In this document: positions 16,105-26,917 of the stretch, piece after piece | How the letters are laid out: every line of letters starts with the position of its first letter | Numbering within the stretch: position 1 is the first letter of the stretch | From: a virus | Lineage: Duplodnaviria; Caudoviricetes | DNA: 64,000 bases | IMG/VR virus record: IMGVR_UViG_3300011338_000371 | Span: 1 to 64,000 of that record | Reading direction: 5' to 3' (one strand) | Made by a program: the position numbers and the translations under genes | The notes under the pieces: model-generated | Database searches by the model: none | What the model was told of the DNA's origin: nothing | What the model saw: the letters and a program-made list of their open reading frames with translations, nothing else

Positions 16105-16411
16105 GAAGAATAGTTATGTAGACTTCGAGTTAGAATGGCTGCAGGAAAAAGCAGACCAACTAAAGACGTATGTAGACAATAATCCTTTTCACGAGTTAGT
16201 CGACAGACTTGCTTGGAAATCTACAGCTAATGGCGGACAGATGCCTTTGGTAGTAGCAACTATTGAGGCACAGATAAAGTCCCTTACTCAAGCGTTAAAA
16301 GATTACGCTCAAATTATTGAGGTAATAGATAAGCTGAGAGAGAAAGAAGAACAGAAAGCAGAAGCTAGAGGTTCTCAAGAGATCAATGGTAAGATGAAAC
16401 AATTTAGTTAA
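16094..16411 (+). CDS. Possible terminase small subunit / conserved pre-terminase protein
   Basis: Helical 105-aa ORF immediately upstream of TerL. Positional inference only. Confidence 0.4.
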   Translation: MAVKKNSYVDFELEWLQEKADQLKTYVDNNPFHELVDRLAWKSTANGGQMPLVVATIEAQIKSLTQALKDYAQIIEVIDKLREKEEQKAEARGSQEINGKMKQFS

Positions 16412-16416
16412 TAGTT

Positions 16417-18426
16417 ATGTATCCAAATCTAGAAAGTCCTGAATTCCTAATCAACGTACACAGTCTCCCTGAACCTGATTCAGAGGAGTATACTGCGTTT
16501 TGGGAAAACGAGGACAAGAAGATTACAGAGGGTGTGACTATTAATGGATTCTACTTTTCTCCTTTTATTTATTGGCACTTAAACTACTGGTCTATTTATA
16601 TAGACACTATGATAGGTAAGCGTCAAGTTCGTAAACTAGATAAGCCTCAGTTATGGGACACCTACTTAGCAGTAGACGAAACTATCCACAAAGCTGAAAA
16701 CCACGAAGACGGAAAGAAGGGTGTTGTAATGGTAGGATCTCGACGTATCTCTAAGTCAGTTCTTACTTCTTCTTACATGGCTCACAAAGCTGTTACACAG
16801 AAAGGATCTGACAATCTTATTTCTGCCCTTAACCAACCTGACTTAAAAGTAATCACAGACTACGTAGACTTAGGTCTTAGAAACCTTCCTGACTACTTTA
16901 GATTCCCCCGTATTGAGGATGACTGGAAGAAGCAGGTAACTTTAGGTTTTAAAGACAAAAAGACTAACGCTCGTAACGAATGGTCTAAGTTCCACGTTCG
17001 TAACTTTGACGAAGGCAATAATACGGAAGCTGCAGCAGGTCTTACTTTGTCTTCGTTTCTTTTGGAAGAAGGAGGAAAGGGAAAGATCCTTAGTTGTTTA
17101 GCGGCAACTACTCCGTGTTTTGACAGTCCTTATGGATGGCGTTGTTCTCCTTTTGTTATTGGAACTTCGGGAGACATGAGTAAAGCTGCTGACCTAGAAG
17201 AATTATTTAATAACCCAGAAGCTTATAACTTCCTTCCTGTTGAAGCTAACGAGTCAGGAAAGTCTTATGGATTGTTCATTCCAGGCACACGTTCTTTGAA
17301 AGTACCAAAAGAAGAAAAGTCTTTAGGTCTTTATCTAGGCAAAGAAGATCCTTCTGAGTTAGATCTAATTAAGATCTGGGTAGCAGACGAAGAAAAAGGA
17401 AAAGAACAGATCCTTAAGTCTAGGGAACAGATTAAAAAATCTAGTGGATTAGAAACTTACTTGAAAGAAGTAATGTACTACCCACTTACTCACGAAGAGT
17501 GTTTCTTAGAACTTTCTCAGAATATTTTCCCCGTAGACCTACTTCAAGAACAGTTACAAAAACTAACAGCTCAAGAGATCGTAGCAGATAACGTAGAACT
17601 CTACACAAACTCTGAAGGAAAGATCAGACATAAGTTTACAGATAAGAAAGCCGTTACAGCCTTTCCAGTGAAGCCAACTGATAACATTGAGGGTTGTGTA
17701 CAGATTTGGGAATATCCTGTCTCAGACGCTCCCTATGGGCTTTATACAGCAGGAACTGACCCATATAAACAGTCACAAGCTCACTACTCAACTTCTTTGG
17801 GTTCTACTTACATCTATAAAAGAGTTCATAATCTCTCAGGTGAGGGTTGGCAGAACATGGTAGTTGCTTGTTACACAGGTCGTCCTAAAAAGATTGAGAC
17901 TTGGTACGAGACCACTAAGATGCTTCTTAAGTATTATAATGCTAAGACTCTTTGTGAAAACATGGACTATGGTTTTATCCAACACTGTGTAGATAAAAAC
18001 GAATCACCTAGAGTCCTAGAGAAGACACCTAAGTTCCTAAACGATATTCACCCTAACTCTACAGTTAATCGTGACTACGGTATTCACATGACTAAGGATA
18101 TTAAAAACTATCTAATGTCACTTATTATCGAATACATTACCGAAGTAGTAAGCGTAGAACGAGGAGAGGACGGAGAGATTATAAACGAAAGACTTGGAGT
18201 AACTAGAATCTTAGATCCTGTGTTGATTAAGGAATTAATCAAGTTCACACCTAAGTTGAACGTTGACCGAGTAATCTCTTTTGGATTGACATTAGCTATG
18301 GCTAAGTCTTTAAACACTCAGGTTATTATTTCTAACACAAATGACGACAACAGAATCAACGCTTACTTCAGAGAGAAGAAAGGACAATCACTATTCCGTA
18401 CAACCTCTTCTCCTTTCAGATACTAA
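16417..18426 (+). CDS. terL: Terminase large subunit
   Basis: Walker A-like VMVGSRRISKS, Walker B FLLEEGG, RNase H-like nuclease AGTDPY...SLGSTYIYKR and D-R-V-I-S. Followed by portal. Confidence 0.92.
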   Translation: MYPNLESPEFLINVHSLPEPDSEEYTAFWENEDKKITEGVTINGFYFSPFIYWHLNYWSIYIDTMIGKRQVRKLDKPQLWDTYLAVDETIHKAENHEDGKKGVVMVGSRRISKSVLTSSYMAHKAVTQKGSDNLISALNQPDLKVITDYVDLGLRNLPDYFRFPRIEDDWKKQVTLGFKDKKTNARNEWSKFHVRNFDEGNNTEAAAGLTLSSFLLEEGGKGKILSCLAATTPCFDSPYGWRCSPFVIGTSGDMSKAADLEELFNNPEAYNFLPVEANESGKSYGLFIPGTRSLKVPKEEKSLGLYLGKEDPSELDLIKIWVADEEKGKEQILKSREQIKKSSGLETYLKEVMYYPLTHEECFLELSQNIFPVDLLQEQLQKLTAQEIVADNVELYTNSEGKIRHKFTDKKAVTAFPVKPTDNIEGCVQIWEYPVSDAPYGLYTAGTDPYKQSQAHYSTSLGSTYIYKRVHNLSGEGWQNMVVACYTGRPKKIETWYETTKMLLKYYNAKTLCENMDYGFIQHCVDKNESPRVLEKTPKFLNDIHPNSTVNRDYGIHMTKDIKNYLMSLIIEYITEVVSVERGEDGEIINERLGVTRILDPVLIKELIKFTPKLNVDRVISFGLTLAMAKSLNTQVIISNTNDDNRINAYFREKKGQSLFRTTSSPFRY

Positions 18427-18451
18427 AACTAAATAAAACAAATATACTAAG

Positions 18452-20905
18452 ATGATCATTGAAGCACTTAAAGAGTACACAGATCCAGTAAATCACGCTT
18501 ACTTCTACCCAGAGCAGTTTATATCTCTGTCTGAGAAGGAAAAGGAACAATGGATTAAAGGTACTATGGACTACTTTGCAAACATTGCTTTTGCACAGTA
18601 CAAACAGAATATACAGTTTAGAAAAAACTACAGACTGTTGAACGGAGAGTTTAACTTCTCTGACTACACTAACAATGCAGAGATCCAGGAATTGGTAAGT
18701 TATCTTAACGATACCCCTGATCAAGATCCAGATGTACCCCAGCATTTGAAGCATTATCCAATAGTTAACCCTCCTGTAAATCAGTTGAAGGGTGAGTTGA
18801 TTAACCGTCCTCATAAGTATAAAGTAAAAGCTATTGACGATGAGGCAGTAAACGAGACTATTGATTTCCGTACAGAGCTTATTAAAGAACATTTCTTAAA
18901 GAACCTTCAAGCACAATTAGAGGGTCAAGAAGTATCTCCTGAACAACAGGCTCAGATGGAGAAAGAAATCCAAGATAAAATTCTTGATTATACTTCAGTT
19001 GCGGAGGAATGGGGAAACAAAACTCTTAATGCGCTCAAGTATCATTTTAATTTTAGAGAGAAGTCACAACAATCTTTCTTAGATTTCTTGGTAACAGGTA
19101 AAGAATTCCACCACTTCTATCCTGATAACTCTCGCTTAGGCTTTAGTTATAAAGTAGAAAACCCTTCTAACGTATGGTACTTAGCAAATAGAAATGCTCA
19201 GTACTCTTCTGACTGTTGGGCAATAGGACTTATTGAAGTTCTTTCTATGACCGAGATTGTAGATCGTTACAGTCTAACAGGAGAAGAAGTAGAACATTTG
19301 AAGAATCGTTCTTTGCAGAACCTTCGTAATAACGAATACACTCCTATGGCTCCTGCTCTCCCAGATCCAAATGATCCTCTATGGCAGTTGACTTTTGAGA
19401 ACGTAGGTGACTTTGCTAACGGAGGTATTGATACTAACGTATTTTCTTTTAACTCTCAGCATGCCTACACAGTAATTACGGCTTATTGGCAGTCTAAAAA
19501 GAAAATCTACAAAAGAACCTATCTAGATGAGGATGGATTCCAACAAGAGATGTTTGTCTCTGAAGACTACAAGATGGACAAAACCTTAGGTGATGTTAGC
19601 CTTGAAGAGCTTTGGATTAACGAATGGTGGAGAGGTATTAAGATTGGTGCAGACATTTATGTAAACATCGAACCCCTAGAGTTCACTCAGAGTGCCCCTA
19701 TCGTAGGTATTATTAACACTTCTAGAAACACACAAGGTAAATCTCTCTTAGATCTTCTTAAGCCTTACCAGGTTCTTTACAACATCTGTATGAACCAGTT
19801 GTGGGAATTGCTAGAGAAAGAGATTGGTGTTGTGTTCTTGGGTGACTTGAAAGTTGTGCCTAAGAAAGACTCTCAAGATCCTATCGAGACAATGCTTTGG
19901 AATGCTAAGAACAGAGGTACTCTTTTGATTGACACATCAATCGAAAACACAGGAGGAGCAGTACAGTTCAACCAGTTCTCTCGTTTGGACCTTACTCGTT
20001 CTCAAGAGATTCAAGCACGTATCCAATTAGCTCAGCAACTTCGTTTGGAGTCTTATGAGTTGGTAGGTCTTACTCGTCAACGTCTAGGTAACTCTCAGGC
20101 ATCTGATACAGCTACTGCTGCTAACAATGCTTTGATTCAGTCTTTTGCTCAGACAGAGACTTGGTTTGCTTGGCATGATAACATCTTGCAGAAAGTTTAC
20201 CAAACAATCTTGGATATGGCTCAGTACATTGAGTTGCAGAAACCTACTTCTACGCTTAACTACTTGAACTCCGAATTAGAGTCAGTATTCCTAAGAGTAA
20301 GTAAGAACGAACTTCTTCACGAGTTGTTTGTGTTTGTTTCTTCTTACGCTGAGGATAAAGTAACCCTAGAACAGTTGAAGCAGTTGGCTCAACCTGCAAT
20401 GCAGAATGGAGCAGAGCTTTCAGAGATGGTAGACTTGTTTACAGCTAACTCAGAAAGAAGTCTTCGTAAGACTTTAGGTGATGTTCAGAAACGTAAAGAA
20501 GCTATTCGTCAACAAGAACAAGCCCTTAAGCAACAACAGTTGGAGCAACAACAAGCACAGTTTGAACAGAAGATGCAGATGGATGCAGCTCAGAAAGCAG
20601 AAGACGCACGCAGAGAAGATATGAACAAACAGCTTGATCGTGAGAACAGACTTCAGGTAGTACAACTTCAAGGTATTGCTAACGAAGGTTCTTATAATCC
20701 TGAGGTAGATACTACAGGTCTCTTGATTCAGCAGACTAAAATAGCTCAAGATATTTCTAAGCAAACTTTTGAGAAAGTAACTAAGAATAAAGAGTTAAGT
20801 CTGAAAGAAAAAGAGCTTGCACTGAAAGAGAAAGACATCGACACTAAATTAAAAATTGCTCAAACAAATAAAAATAAATACGATTCAGGCTCAAAAAAGA
20901 AATAA
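18452..20905 (+). CDS. Portal protein (crAss-like)
   Basis: 817 aa after TerL, with EWWRGIKIG and SLLDLLKPYQVLYNI motifs and a long C-terminal Q/E coiled coil. Confidence 0.88.
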   Translation: MIIEALKEYTDPVNHAYFYPEQFISLSEKEKEQWIKGTMDYFANIAFAQYKQNIQFRKNYRLLNGEFNFSDYTNNAEIQELVSYLNDTPDQDPDVPQHLKHYPIVNPPVNQLKGELINRPHKYKVKAIDDEAVNETIDFRTELIKEHFLKNLQAQLEGQEVSPEQQAQMEKEIQDKILDYTSVAEEWGNKTLNALKYHFNFREKSQQSFLDFLVTGKEFHHFYPDNSRLGFSYKVENPSNVWYLANRNAQYSSDCWAIGLIEVLSMTEIVDRYSLTGEEVEHLKNRSLQNLRNNEYTPMAPALPDPNDPLWQLTFENVGDFANGGIDTNVFSFNSQHAYTVITAYWQSKKKIYKRTYLDEDGFQQEMFVSEDYKMDKTLGDVSLEELWINEWWRGIKIGADIYVNIEPLEFTQSAPIVGIINTSRNTQGKSLLDLLKPYQVLYNICMNQLWELLEKEIGVVFLGDLKVVPKKDSQDPIETMLWNAKNRGTLLIDTSIENTGGAVQFNQFSRLDLTRSQEIQARIQLAQQLRLESYELVGLTRQRLGNSQASDTATAANNALIQSFAQTETWFAWHDNILQKVYQTILDMAQYIELQKPTSTLNYLNSELESVFLRVSKNELLHELFVFVSSYAEDKVTLEQLKQLAQPAMQNGAELSEMVDLFTANSERSLRKTLGDVQKRKEAIRQQEQALKQQQLEQQQAQFEQKMQMDAAQKAEDARREDMNKQLDRENRLQVVQLQGIANEGSYNPEVDTTGLLIQQTKIAQDISKQTFEKVTKNKELSLKEKELALKEKDIDTKLKIAQTNKNKYDSGSKKK

Positions 20906-20931
20906 AACTAGAGATTTATGATACAAAAATT

Positions 20932-20966
20932 GGGGGTTTTCTAGCCTAAAAACCCCCATTTTTAAC
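20932..20966 (+). terminator. Terminator hairpin
   Basis: TGGGGGTTTT...AAAACCCCCA-TTTTT. Confidence 0.65.
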
Positions 20967-21023
20967 TTTTTGTATATATTGTATCATATCTACTTAATCT
21001 CTTGTGTTAATTTTTAAAAATAT

Positions 21024-21031
21024 TACTTTTG
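21024..21031 (+). promoter_or_regulatory. Bacteroidota -7 element for the capsid operon
   Basis: TACTTTTG upstream of ATG 21053. Confidence 0.5.
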
Positions 21032-21052
21032 AATTAAACCAAACTAACCATT

Positions 21053-22192
21053 ATGCCTATTGACAGTTCATTAGAGAACTTAGAGTTCTTTGACAGTTTT
21101 TCCGTGGATGATCCTCTAGATTTAGATGATAATACTCCACAAGACCCTAACGCAAACGTCAAGCCTGACATTCTAGGTGGTGAGGATTTCGATCCCCTAG
21201 CCGAAGAAGAGGAAGACGACTTACCAAATCCCCCTGCTCCTAAAGCTCCTGAACCTGTAGAAGAGGAAGAGGAAGAAGAAGAGGAGGAGGAAGTAGATTT
21301 GGAAGGTGACGATGATGAAGAAGAAAACTACTTTGAAATCTTTGGTAAAGGATTAGCTAAAGCAGGAATGCTTGATGTAGCTGACGACGAAGATATCGAG
21401 TGGAACGAACAAACGTTCTTGGCTAAGATGAGTGAAACCATCGAAGACCGAGCTTGGAATCAGTTAGAGGAAATGGCAGTAGAAACCTACGGAGAAGCAG
21501 GAGTACAGATGATCGAAGATATCTTCATCAATAAAGTCCCTGTTCAAGAATACCTCCAACGATTTGCTAATGAGCAGATTGTAGAGAATGTAGACTTGAG
21601 TGTAGAAGAAAACCAAGAAAGAGTTTTCCGCTTATACCTAGCTAAGACAGGAATGGATGAAGATGAAATCCAAGATCAACTTAACTACGCTAGAGACAAT
21701 GATCGCTTAGAAGCATACTCTCAGAAGTATCACGTAAAACTGATTGAGAAGATGCAACAGGAAAGAGCAGCACTTGCACAAGAGAGTGAAGCACGAGTAC
21801 AAGCGATGAGACAGAAAGAAGAAGAAAGAGAACAGTTATATGCAGATGTACTTGATGGAGCTATTGCTTCAGGGTCTATCGAAGGATACCCAATCAACGA
21901 ACAAGCTGCAAGTGAACTTTTTGATTTTGTTCTTTCTAAGCCTCACGTTCTTCCTAACGGACAACGTATTAGTGACTTTGAATACAAACTCGCTAAAATG
22001 CGTCAGGAAGATCCAAGTAAGTTCTTAGCTGTAGCTAAACTTGTTCAAAGCGATTTGGACTTGACTCCAGTAAAAAGGAAAGCTGTAACAGAGGAAACAA
22101 ACACTCTGTTCAACGACCTTAAAACCAAAAGTAAAAAATCAACGAAGGCAGCGAAGTCTAACGATGACCTGTTTTCTAGATATTTTAAATAA
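21053..22192 (+). CDS. Acidic scaffold-like protein preceding MCP
   Basis: Very D/E-rich N-terminus plus coiled coil. Conserved crAss-like synteny between portal and MCP. Confidence 0.7.
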   Translation: MPIDSSLENLEFFDSFSVDDPLDLDDNTPQDPNANVKPDILGGEDFDPLAEEEEDDLPNPPAPKAPEPVEEEEEEEEEEEVDLEGDDDEEENYFEIFGKGLAKAGMLDVADDEDIEWNEQTFLAKMSETIEDRAWNQLEEMAVETYGEAGVQMIEDIFINKVPVQEYLQRFANEQIVENVDLSVEENQERVFRLYLAKTGMDEDEIQDQLNYARDNDRLEAYSQKYHVKLIEKMQQERAALAQESEARVQAMRQKEEEREQLYADVLDGAIASGSIEGYPINEQAASELFDFVLSKPHVLPNGQRISDFEYKLAKMRQEDPSKFLAVAKLVQSDLDLTPVKRKAVTEETNTLFNDLKTKSKKSTKAAKSNDDLFSRYFK

Positions 22193-22220
22193 AAAAACAC
22201 AAAACAAAAAATAAATTACT

Positions 22221-23750
22221 ATGCCTAATCAAAGTATTCCAAGAGTCAACGGGAGAGTTATAGCTAACGCTCACATGACAAGCTCATTCTATTCTAAGAA
22301 TGGTTTGGGTAAATTGACAGACAAGAATTTTGTTGAAACTATGTTGCGCACTAAGCCTGACCAGTATGACAAAATGATGATCCGTCTTTTCACTGACACC
22401 AAATTGTACAAAAACGACTTGGTAGACCTCGTTATGAAAACTGGTAAGCCTTTCATGGTTAACGATCCTAACGGTGTTTTCACTTACAAAATCAAGAAGC
22501 GGGCTGAATTGCCTAAGGTTATTGTTAACTTGGCTTCTTCTATTGCTAAGCCTGGTATTGACGGTCAAGAGTTCGAATTGGTATTTGACAAGAACGTATT
22601 CGTAACTAACGATATCGTTACTGCTCACCGCTACGAACAAGAAACCCAAATGCAGGTTGTTTCTGAAGGCGAAAAGTATCAGAACGGTTTCAAATACAAA
22701 TTCCGTGCTGTAGGTGCTTCTTCTGCTGACTTCGTTAACCAACGTTTCTTGCAAGTAGGTACTGAGTACTTCAAGATTGGTAACATCTTGGGTGAGTACA
22801 CCACTTCATTCTCTAGCTTGGGATTGTTCGATGGTAACTTGGAAGTTATGGCTGATGTATTGCAACAGTATGGTGTTGAACACACTATCACTGACTGGGC
22901 TGATGCAACCAAATTGGGTATGCAGTCTGACGCTTCAGGCAATCCTTTGGACATCACTTACTACTCTGTAACTGATCCTATGGCTCAAGGCGAAAAGACC
23001 AAGATTGTTGGTTGGGAGCCTACCGTATCTCGTTTGTTGCGTATGGAAATGATGCGTATGAAGGCTAACACATTGATGTGGGGTCGTCAAGGTAACGCTA
23101 AAGATGAAAAAGGTCGTCCAACTCGTGCTAAGCAAGGTTTGTGGCAGCAACTTCACTTGGGTAACGTTATCTACTACGATAAAGGTCAGTTCTCTTTGAA
23201 CTTGATTCGTTCTGCAGTTGGTGACTTGTTCTACAACCGTGTATTGATTGCTGATCGTAGCGTTAAAATCTACACCAACCGTTCAGGTATGGAGTTGGCT
23301 TCTACTGCTATCCGCAAAGACTTCAACGGTCAGAACTTCACTGTATCTGCTGATAAGTTCTTGGATGGTAAAGAGCGCACTAAGCAAGGTTACGCTTTCC
23401 AATTCGATCACTTCATGACCACCGAAACTGGTCCTGTAGAATTCGTAGAATTGGAACAGTTGAACGAGCATGCTACTTTCTTGGAGTTGGGTCCTAACAA
23501 GAAGACTCCTCCAATCTTCATTATCTTGGACGTATCTGGTCAAGATGATGCTGGTATCCGTGAAGTAAAGTTGGCTACTCGTCCTAACATGTACTACCAG
23601 TACATTGCAGGTTCAGTAGGATTTGGTTCTCAGCAAACTGCTATCGCAAGCAAAGATCCTTATTCAACTTACATCATGAAAGACTTCGCAGGTATCTTCT
23701 TGGAAGATCCTACTAAGACTGTGATCATCAAAGAATTCCCACGTATCTAA
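22221..23750 (+). CDS. Major capsid protein (crAss-like)
   Basis: 509 aa with strong high-expression codon bias, synteny, and crAss MCP-like motifs (LMWGRQG...GLWQQL, KIYTNRSG). Confidence 0.88.
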   Translation: MPNQSIPRVNGRVIANAHMTSSFYSKNGLGKLTDKNFVETMLRTKPDQYDKMMIRLFTDTKLYKNDLVDLVMKTGKPFMVNDPNGVFTYKIKKRAELPKVIVNLASSIAKPGIDGQEFELVFDKNVFVTNDIVTAHRYEQETQMQVVSEGEKYQNGFKYKFRAVGASSADFVNQRFLQVGTEYFKIGNILGEYTTSFSSLGLFDGNLEVMADVLQQYGVEHTITDWADATKLGMQSDASGNPLDITYYSVTDPMAQGEKTKIVGWEPTVSRLLRMEMMRMKANTLMWGRQGNAKDEKGRPTRAKQGLWQQLHLGNVIYYDKGQFSLNLIRSAVGDLFYNRVLIADRSVKIYTNRSGMELASTAIRKDFNGQNFTVSADKFLDGKERTKQGYAFQFDHFMTTETGPVEFVELEQLNEHATFLELGPNKKTPPIFIILDVSGQDDAGIREVKLATRPNMYYQYIAGSVGFGSQQTAIASKDPYSTYIMKDFAGIFLEDPTKTVIIKEFPRI

Positions 23751-23765
23751 TTACGTTTCTAAGAA

Positions 23766-23789
23766 GGAGGGGGTGAAATATCCCCCTCC
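23766..23789 (+). terminator. Strong hairpin after MCP (no U-tract)
   Basis: GGAGGGGG-TGAAATAT-CCCCCTCC. May be a stabiliser or partial terminator. Confidence 0.4.
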
Positions 23790-23831
23790 CAATTAGATAA
23801 AAGTTAGAACTAAAACCAAAACCAAACCAAA

Positions 23832-24770
23832 ATGAGTAATAAATCAGCACAGGGAGTACGTATTATCCGTCCCTACAAAAAGCAACCTGCTAATTTGCGT
23901 ACATTAGAAGGATCATTGTTTCAGAATGGATATAACTTTATCCCAGGAACAGTAAGAAAGTTTTTTCCACGAGTTGATTCACGTGGAGTAATTAGGACAG
24001 GATTAGATGAGAACTCTCCAAAGTTCCGTGGAATCCTAAACCTAGAAGCAAGAGAGCAAGAAATTCAACGAGTTACACAACTCCGAGAATACTACGAGTC
24101 TTTGTTAGACGAGTCACTAGCTCCAACAAGTACGTTCTATGACGAAATAAAAGAAAATGGCTATACCCTAGAAGATGGTGACAACCTCTTCAATATGGAG
24201 AATCCACGTGAAGCTATCAACTTCTACTGGCTCTTAGAGACAGAAATGGTTGCACCTTCATTGGATGATATAGACAGTGGGAAAGTTGATACTTCTATTG
24301 TAAAGTTTTATGTTTACAATGGAGAAGTAGAAACTAAAACAACCTTTGAGCGTAAGAAGAGGATTAACAGCGCAATTGCAGAACTCGATAGAATGTCTGC
24401 TCTTAAGCGTAAGAAAATCCAGAAACTTATCGGCTTAGGTTTGCCTGCTGACAGTACTGAAGAAGAAGTTTACAATGCAGTAGACGAATTCCTACGTACA
24501 CCTGCTACAGCGATGGACCGTGATCCTATCGAAGAATTCACTAAGATTGTATCTTACAGTGATGATTTGTTGGATGTAAAAGCACTGGTTAAAGATCTAG
24601 TAGACAAAAACATTGTTAGAATTAAAGGTTCTATTATTTATGAAGGTGAGCATGTGTGGTCTAAGTCAATTGAAGAGTTTGAACTTTTCTTGACTGATCC
24701 TAAGAACACTGAAGAATACCAAGCCTTTAAGGATAAACTAAAGAATAAAGCAAAGATTGACGCTCTATAA
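23832..24770 (+). CDS. Conserved crAss-like virion/portal-vertex protein
   Basis: Post-MCP synteny. 312 aa. Confidence 0.6.
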   Translation: MSNKSAQGVRIIRPYKKQPANLRTLEGSLFQNGYNFIPGTVRKFFPRVDSRGVIRTGLDENSPKFRGILNLEAREQEIQRVTQLREYYESLLDESLAPTSTFYDEIKENGYTLEDGDNLFNMENPREAINFYWLLETEMVAPSLDDIDSGKVDTSIVKFYVYNGEVETKTTFERKKRINSAIAELDRMSALKRKKIQKLIGLGLPADSTEEEVYNAVDEFLRTPATAMDRDPIEEFTKIVSYSDDLLDVKALVKDLVDKNIVRIKGSIIYEGEHVWSKSIEEFELFLTDPKNTEEYQAFKDKLKNKAKIDAL

Positions 24771-24791
24771 AATAAAATAAACTAAGATAAC

Positions 24792-25508
24792 ATGATCCCT
24801 GTTGAGGAATTAATTTACGAATTCAAATTAACTTTAAACAAAGTTAATCGTCAGGATAACGTTGATATCCCGATTGAAGACATCGTAGTTTACCTCAACA
24901 AGGCTCAAGTTAGTTGGATTAAAACTAAAATTAATCCTAACAACGTTTATAAGGTAGGGTACGATTCCATCAGAAAACGTATAGACGATCTTCAAATACT
25001 GAAGGAATCTAACGTTCCTCTGAGTGCAAACAAAACAAACGATCTCTTTCACATCGGATTTGATTGCCCTTTGAAAGATGCCGCAAATTATATGTTCTAC
25101 ATCTCGTCCTATGCAATAGCTAAGAAAGGAAAATGTTCTGAGCCAATTACAGTAGACTTGATTAGACATGGAGAACTTACTACTAAATATTTAGACGGAA
25201 ATTACAACCCTTCGTTTGAGTGGAGAACAACGATAGCCACACTGGGGAATGATAATCTGACTGTCTACACAGATGGTAAGTTTACGATTGACAAAGTATA
25301 TGTTACATACTTACGTTACCCTAAGTCAATAGATGTCCAGGGCTACGTCAAGTTTGATGGAACTTCTTCTGTTAATCAAGACTCAGAACTCCCTGAGTAT
25401 GCTAAATCTGACATTGTCGATTTAGCAGTAAAATTTGCAGCACAATCAAATGACAACCAAGCACAGGCTGTGTTTGCTGAAGATCGCTTAAACAAAAACT
25501 CTGAATAA
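24792..25508 (+). CDS. Head-tail ring/adaptor protein
   Basis: IVVYLNKAQ N-terminal motif and YLRYP...ELPEY...IVDLAV C-terminal motif of crAss ring proteins. Confidence 0.7.
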   Translation: MIPVEELIYEFKLTLNKVNRQDNVDIPIEDIVVYLNKAQVSWIKTKINPNNVYKVGYDSIRKRIDDLQILKESNVPLSANKTNDLFHIGFDCPLKDAANYMFYISSYAIAKKGKCSEPITVDLIRHGELTTKYLDGNYNPSFEWRTTIATLGNDNLTVYTDGKFTIDKVYVTYLRYPKSIDVQGYVKFDGTSSVNQDSELPEYAKSDIVDLAVKFAAQSNDNQAQAVFAEDRLNKNSE

Positions 25509-25516
25509 ATAAAACT

Positions 25517-26860
25517 ATGAATCACAAAATCACACAAATTTTCGTCCCTACTGCCGTATCTGGTATTACTGGAGGATTTCCACTCGTAACTACTGATGGT
25601 TTGGGTAAGCAAGTGATGGGTATCTATAACCCTAACACTTTTGCAAACATTACTACTACTGCTAGTGATGCTGACTTCTTGGTTGCTATCGGATCTGCTG
25701 CTGTTGGTAGCAAGTACGGTTCTTTCAAGACTGCTCCTATCAAGTTGTCTAACATCTTGTCTGTAGTTAAGACTGTAGCTGACACAACTGTTAAGCAACA
25801 AATCACTTACATCGGTTATGATGAAGTTAACGACTCTAAAGCTCCTAACTTTGCTTGCGATGAAGAGTATGTTGTTACTTTGAAAATTGACGAGTATTGG
25901 AGCAAGGGTGTTTATCAGCCTATGATCCAAGAGTCAGTTCGTGTTAAAACTGCTTGTTGCGCTGACTGTGGCGGTGGATGCGACTCTTTGGGTTGTTCTA
26001 CCTACATGAGCGAGATGGCTGACAAAATCAATGCTTCTCCTTTGTTGAGCAAGTATGTAACTGCTACCTACGTTTACAAAGGTTCTTTGCCTACTTACAA
26101 GTGGACTTTGACTATCCAAGATCCAGGTGACTCTACTGCAGAAACTGCTGTATTGACTAACTTGCGTTCTGTTTACGCTTCTTACGTAACTACCCCTTCT
26201 TCTGATATTGTTATCACTTCTGACACAGACGGTGATTCTGATGCAGATTCTTTGGGTAACATTATGTATGAGTTGACTCCTTTGGCTTCTGTAACTAGCT
26301 TGCCTAACTACAACGGAGTTGCTTGGGAGAAAGTATTGGTATCTGCTGGTTCAGTAACTGCTTGTGGTGTTAAGATTGAAGGTAAAGTATTGGATGAATT
26401 CGGAAACGCTTGTGTTCCTGATGCAGTTCCTTACGTATTCAACTTGGTACGTTTCAAGGTTGCCGTTCACGAAGGTCCTTACAACACTCAAGATTTCGAT
26501 ATCGAAAACTTCTGTGCAGCTGTCCCTGTTACTACTACTCAAGAGATTAAGTATCCTTTGGGTGTTGGTGCTGCTATGGCTGAAATGGAGCGTCACTACT
26601 TCACTAACAACTTGCCTGCTACCGCTGATGCTCGTCGTTATTGGAACCCTATTTACAACGAAGACACCAATGCCTTCTTGTATGTAAATAGTGCTACCAC
26701 TTACGATATGTACGAGATCACCTACATTGAGCCTTCTCCAGTTGGTTTCGAAAAGAAAACTGAGAACACTCACTCTGTAGTTATCTTGGCTGCTTCTGCT
26801 GTGTCTAGTGCTGTTGCAACTGCGTTGAACAACGTATTGCCAACTAGTCTTCACGTCTAA
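25517..26860 (+). CDS. Auxiliary capsid/structural protein
   Basis: MCP-like codon bias and synteny. Contains ACCADCGGGC. Confidence 0.65.
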   Translation: MNHKITQIFVPTAVSGITGGFPLVTTDGLGKQVMGIYNPNTFANITTTASDADFLVAIGSAAVGSKYGSFKTAPIKLSNILSVVKTVADTTVKQQITYIGYDEVNDSKAPNFACDEEYVVTLKIDEYWSKGVYQPMIQESVRVKTACCADCGGGCDSLGCSTYMSEMADKINASPLLSKYVTATYVYKGSLPTYKWTLTIQDPGDSTAETAVLTNLRSVYASYVTTPSSDIVITSDTDGDSDADSLGNIMYELTPLASVTSLPNYNGVAWEKVLVSAGSVTACGVKIEGKVLDEFGNACVPDAVPYVFNLVRFKVAVHEGPYNTQDFDIENFCAAVPVTTTQEIKYPLGVGAAMAEMERHYFTNNLPATADARRYWNPIYNEDTNAFLYVNSATTYDMYEITYIEPSPVGFEKKTENTHSVVILAASAVSSAVATALNNVLPTSLHV

Positions 26861-26867
26861 CCTAATT

Positions 26868-26896
26868 AGGGGGAGAAACTATTCTCCCCCTTTTTA
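26868..26896 (+). terminator. Terminator
   Basis: GGGGGAGAA-ACTA-TTCTCCCCC-TTTTT. Confidence 0.75.
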
Positions 26897-26917
26897 ACTT
26901 TAATTCAAAACAAAAAA

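Noticed and set aside
21250-21330. GAA/GAG repeat tract
   Set aside because: Encodes the poly-Glu stretch of the acidic scaffold-like protein.
16417-23750. Introns or inteins in terminase, portal or MCP, which are common in crAss-like phages
   Set aside because: All three ORFs are continuous and of ordinary length, with no intein C/HN motifs or LAGLIDADG/HNH inserts seen.
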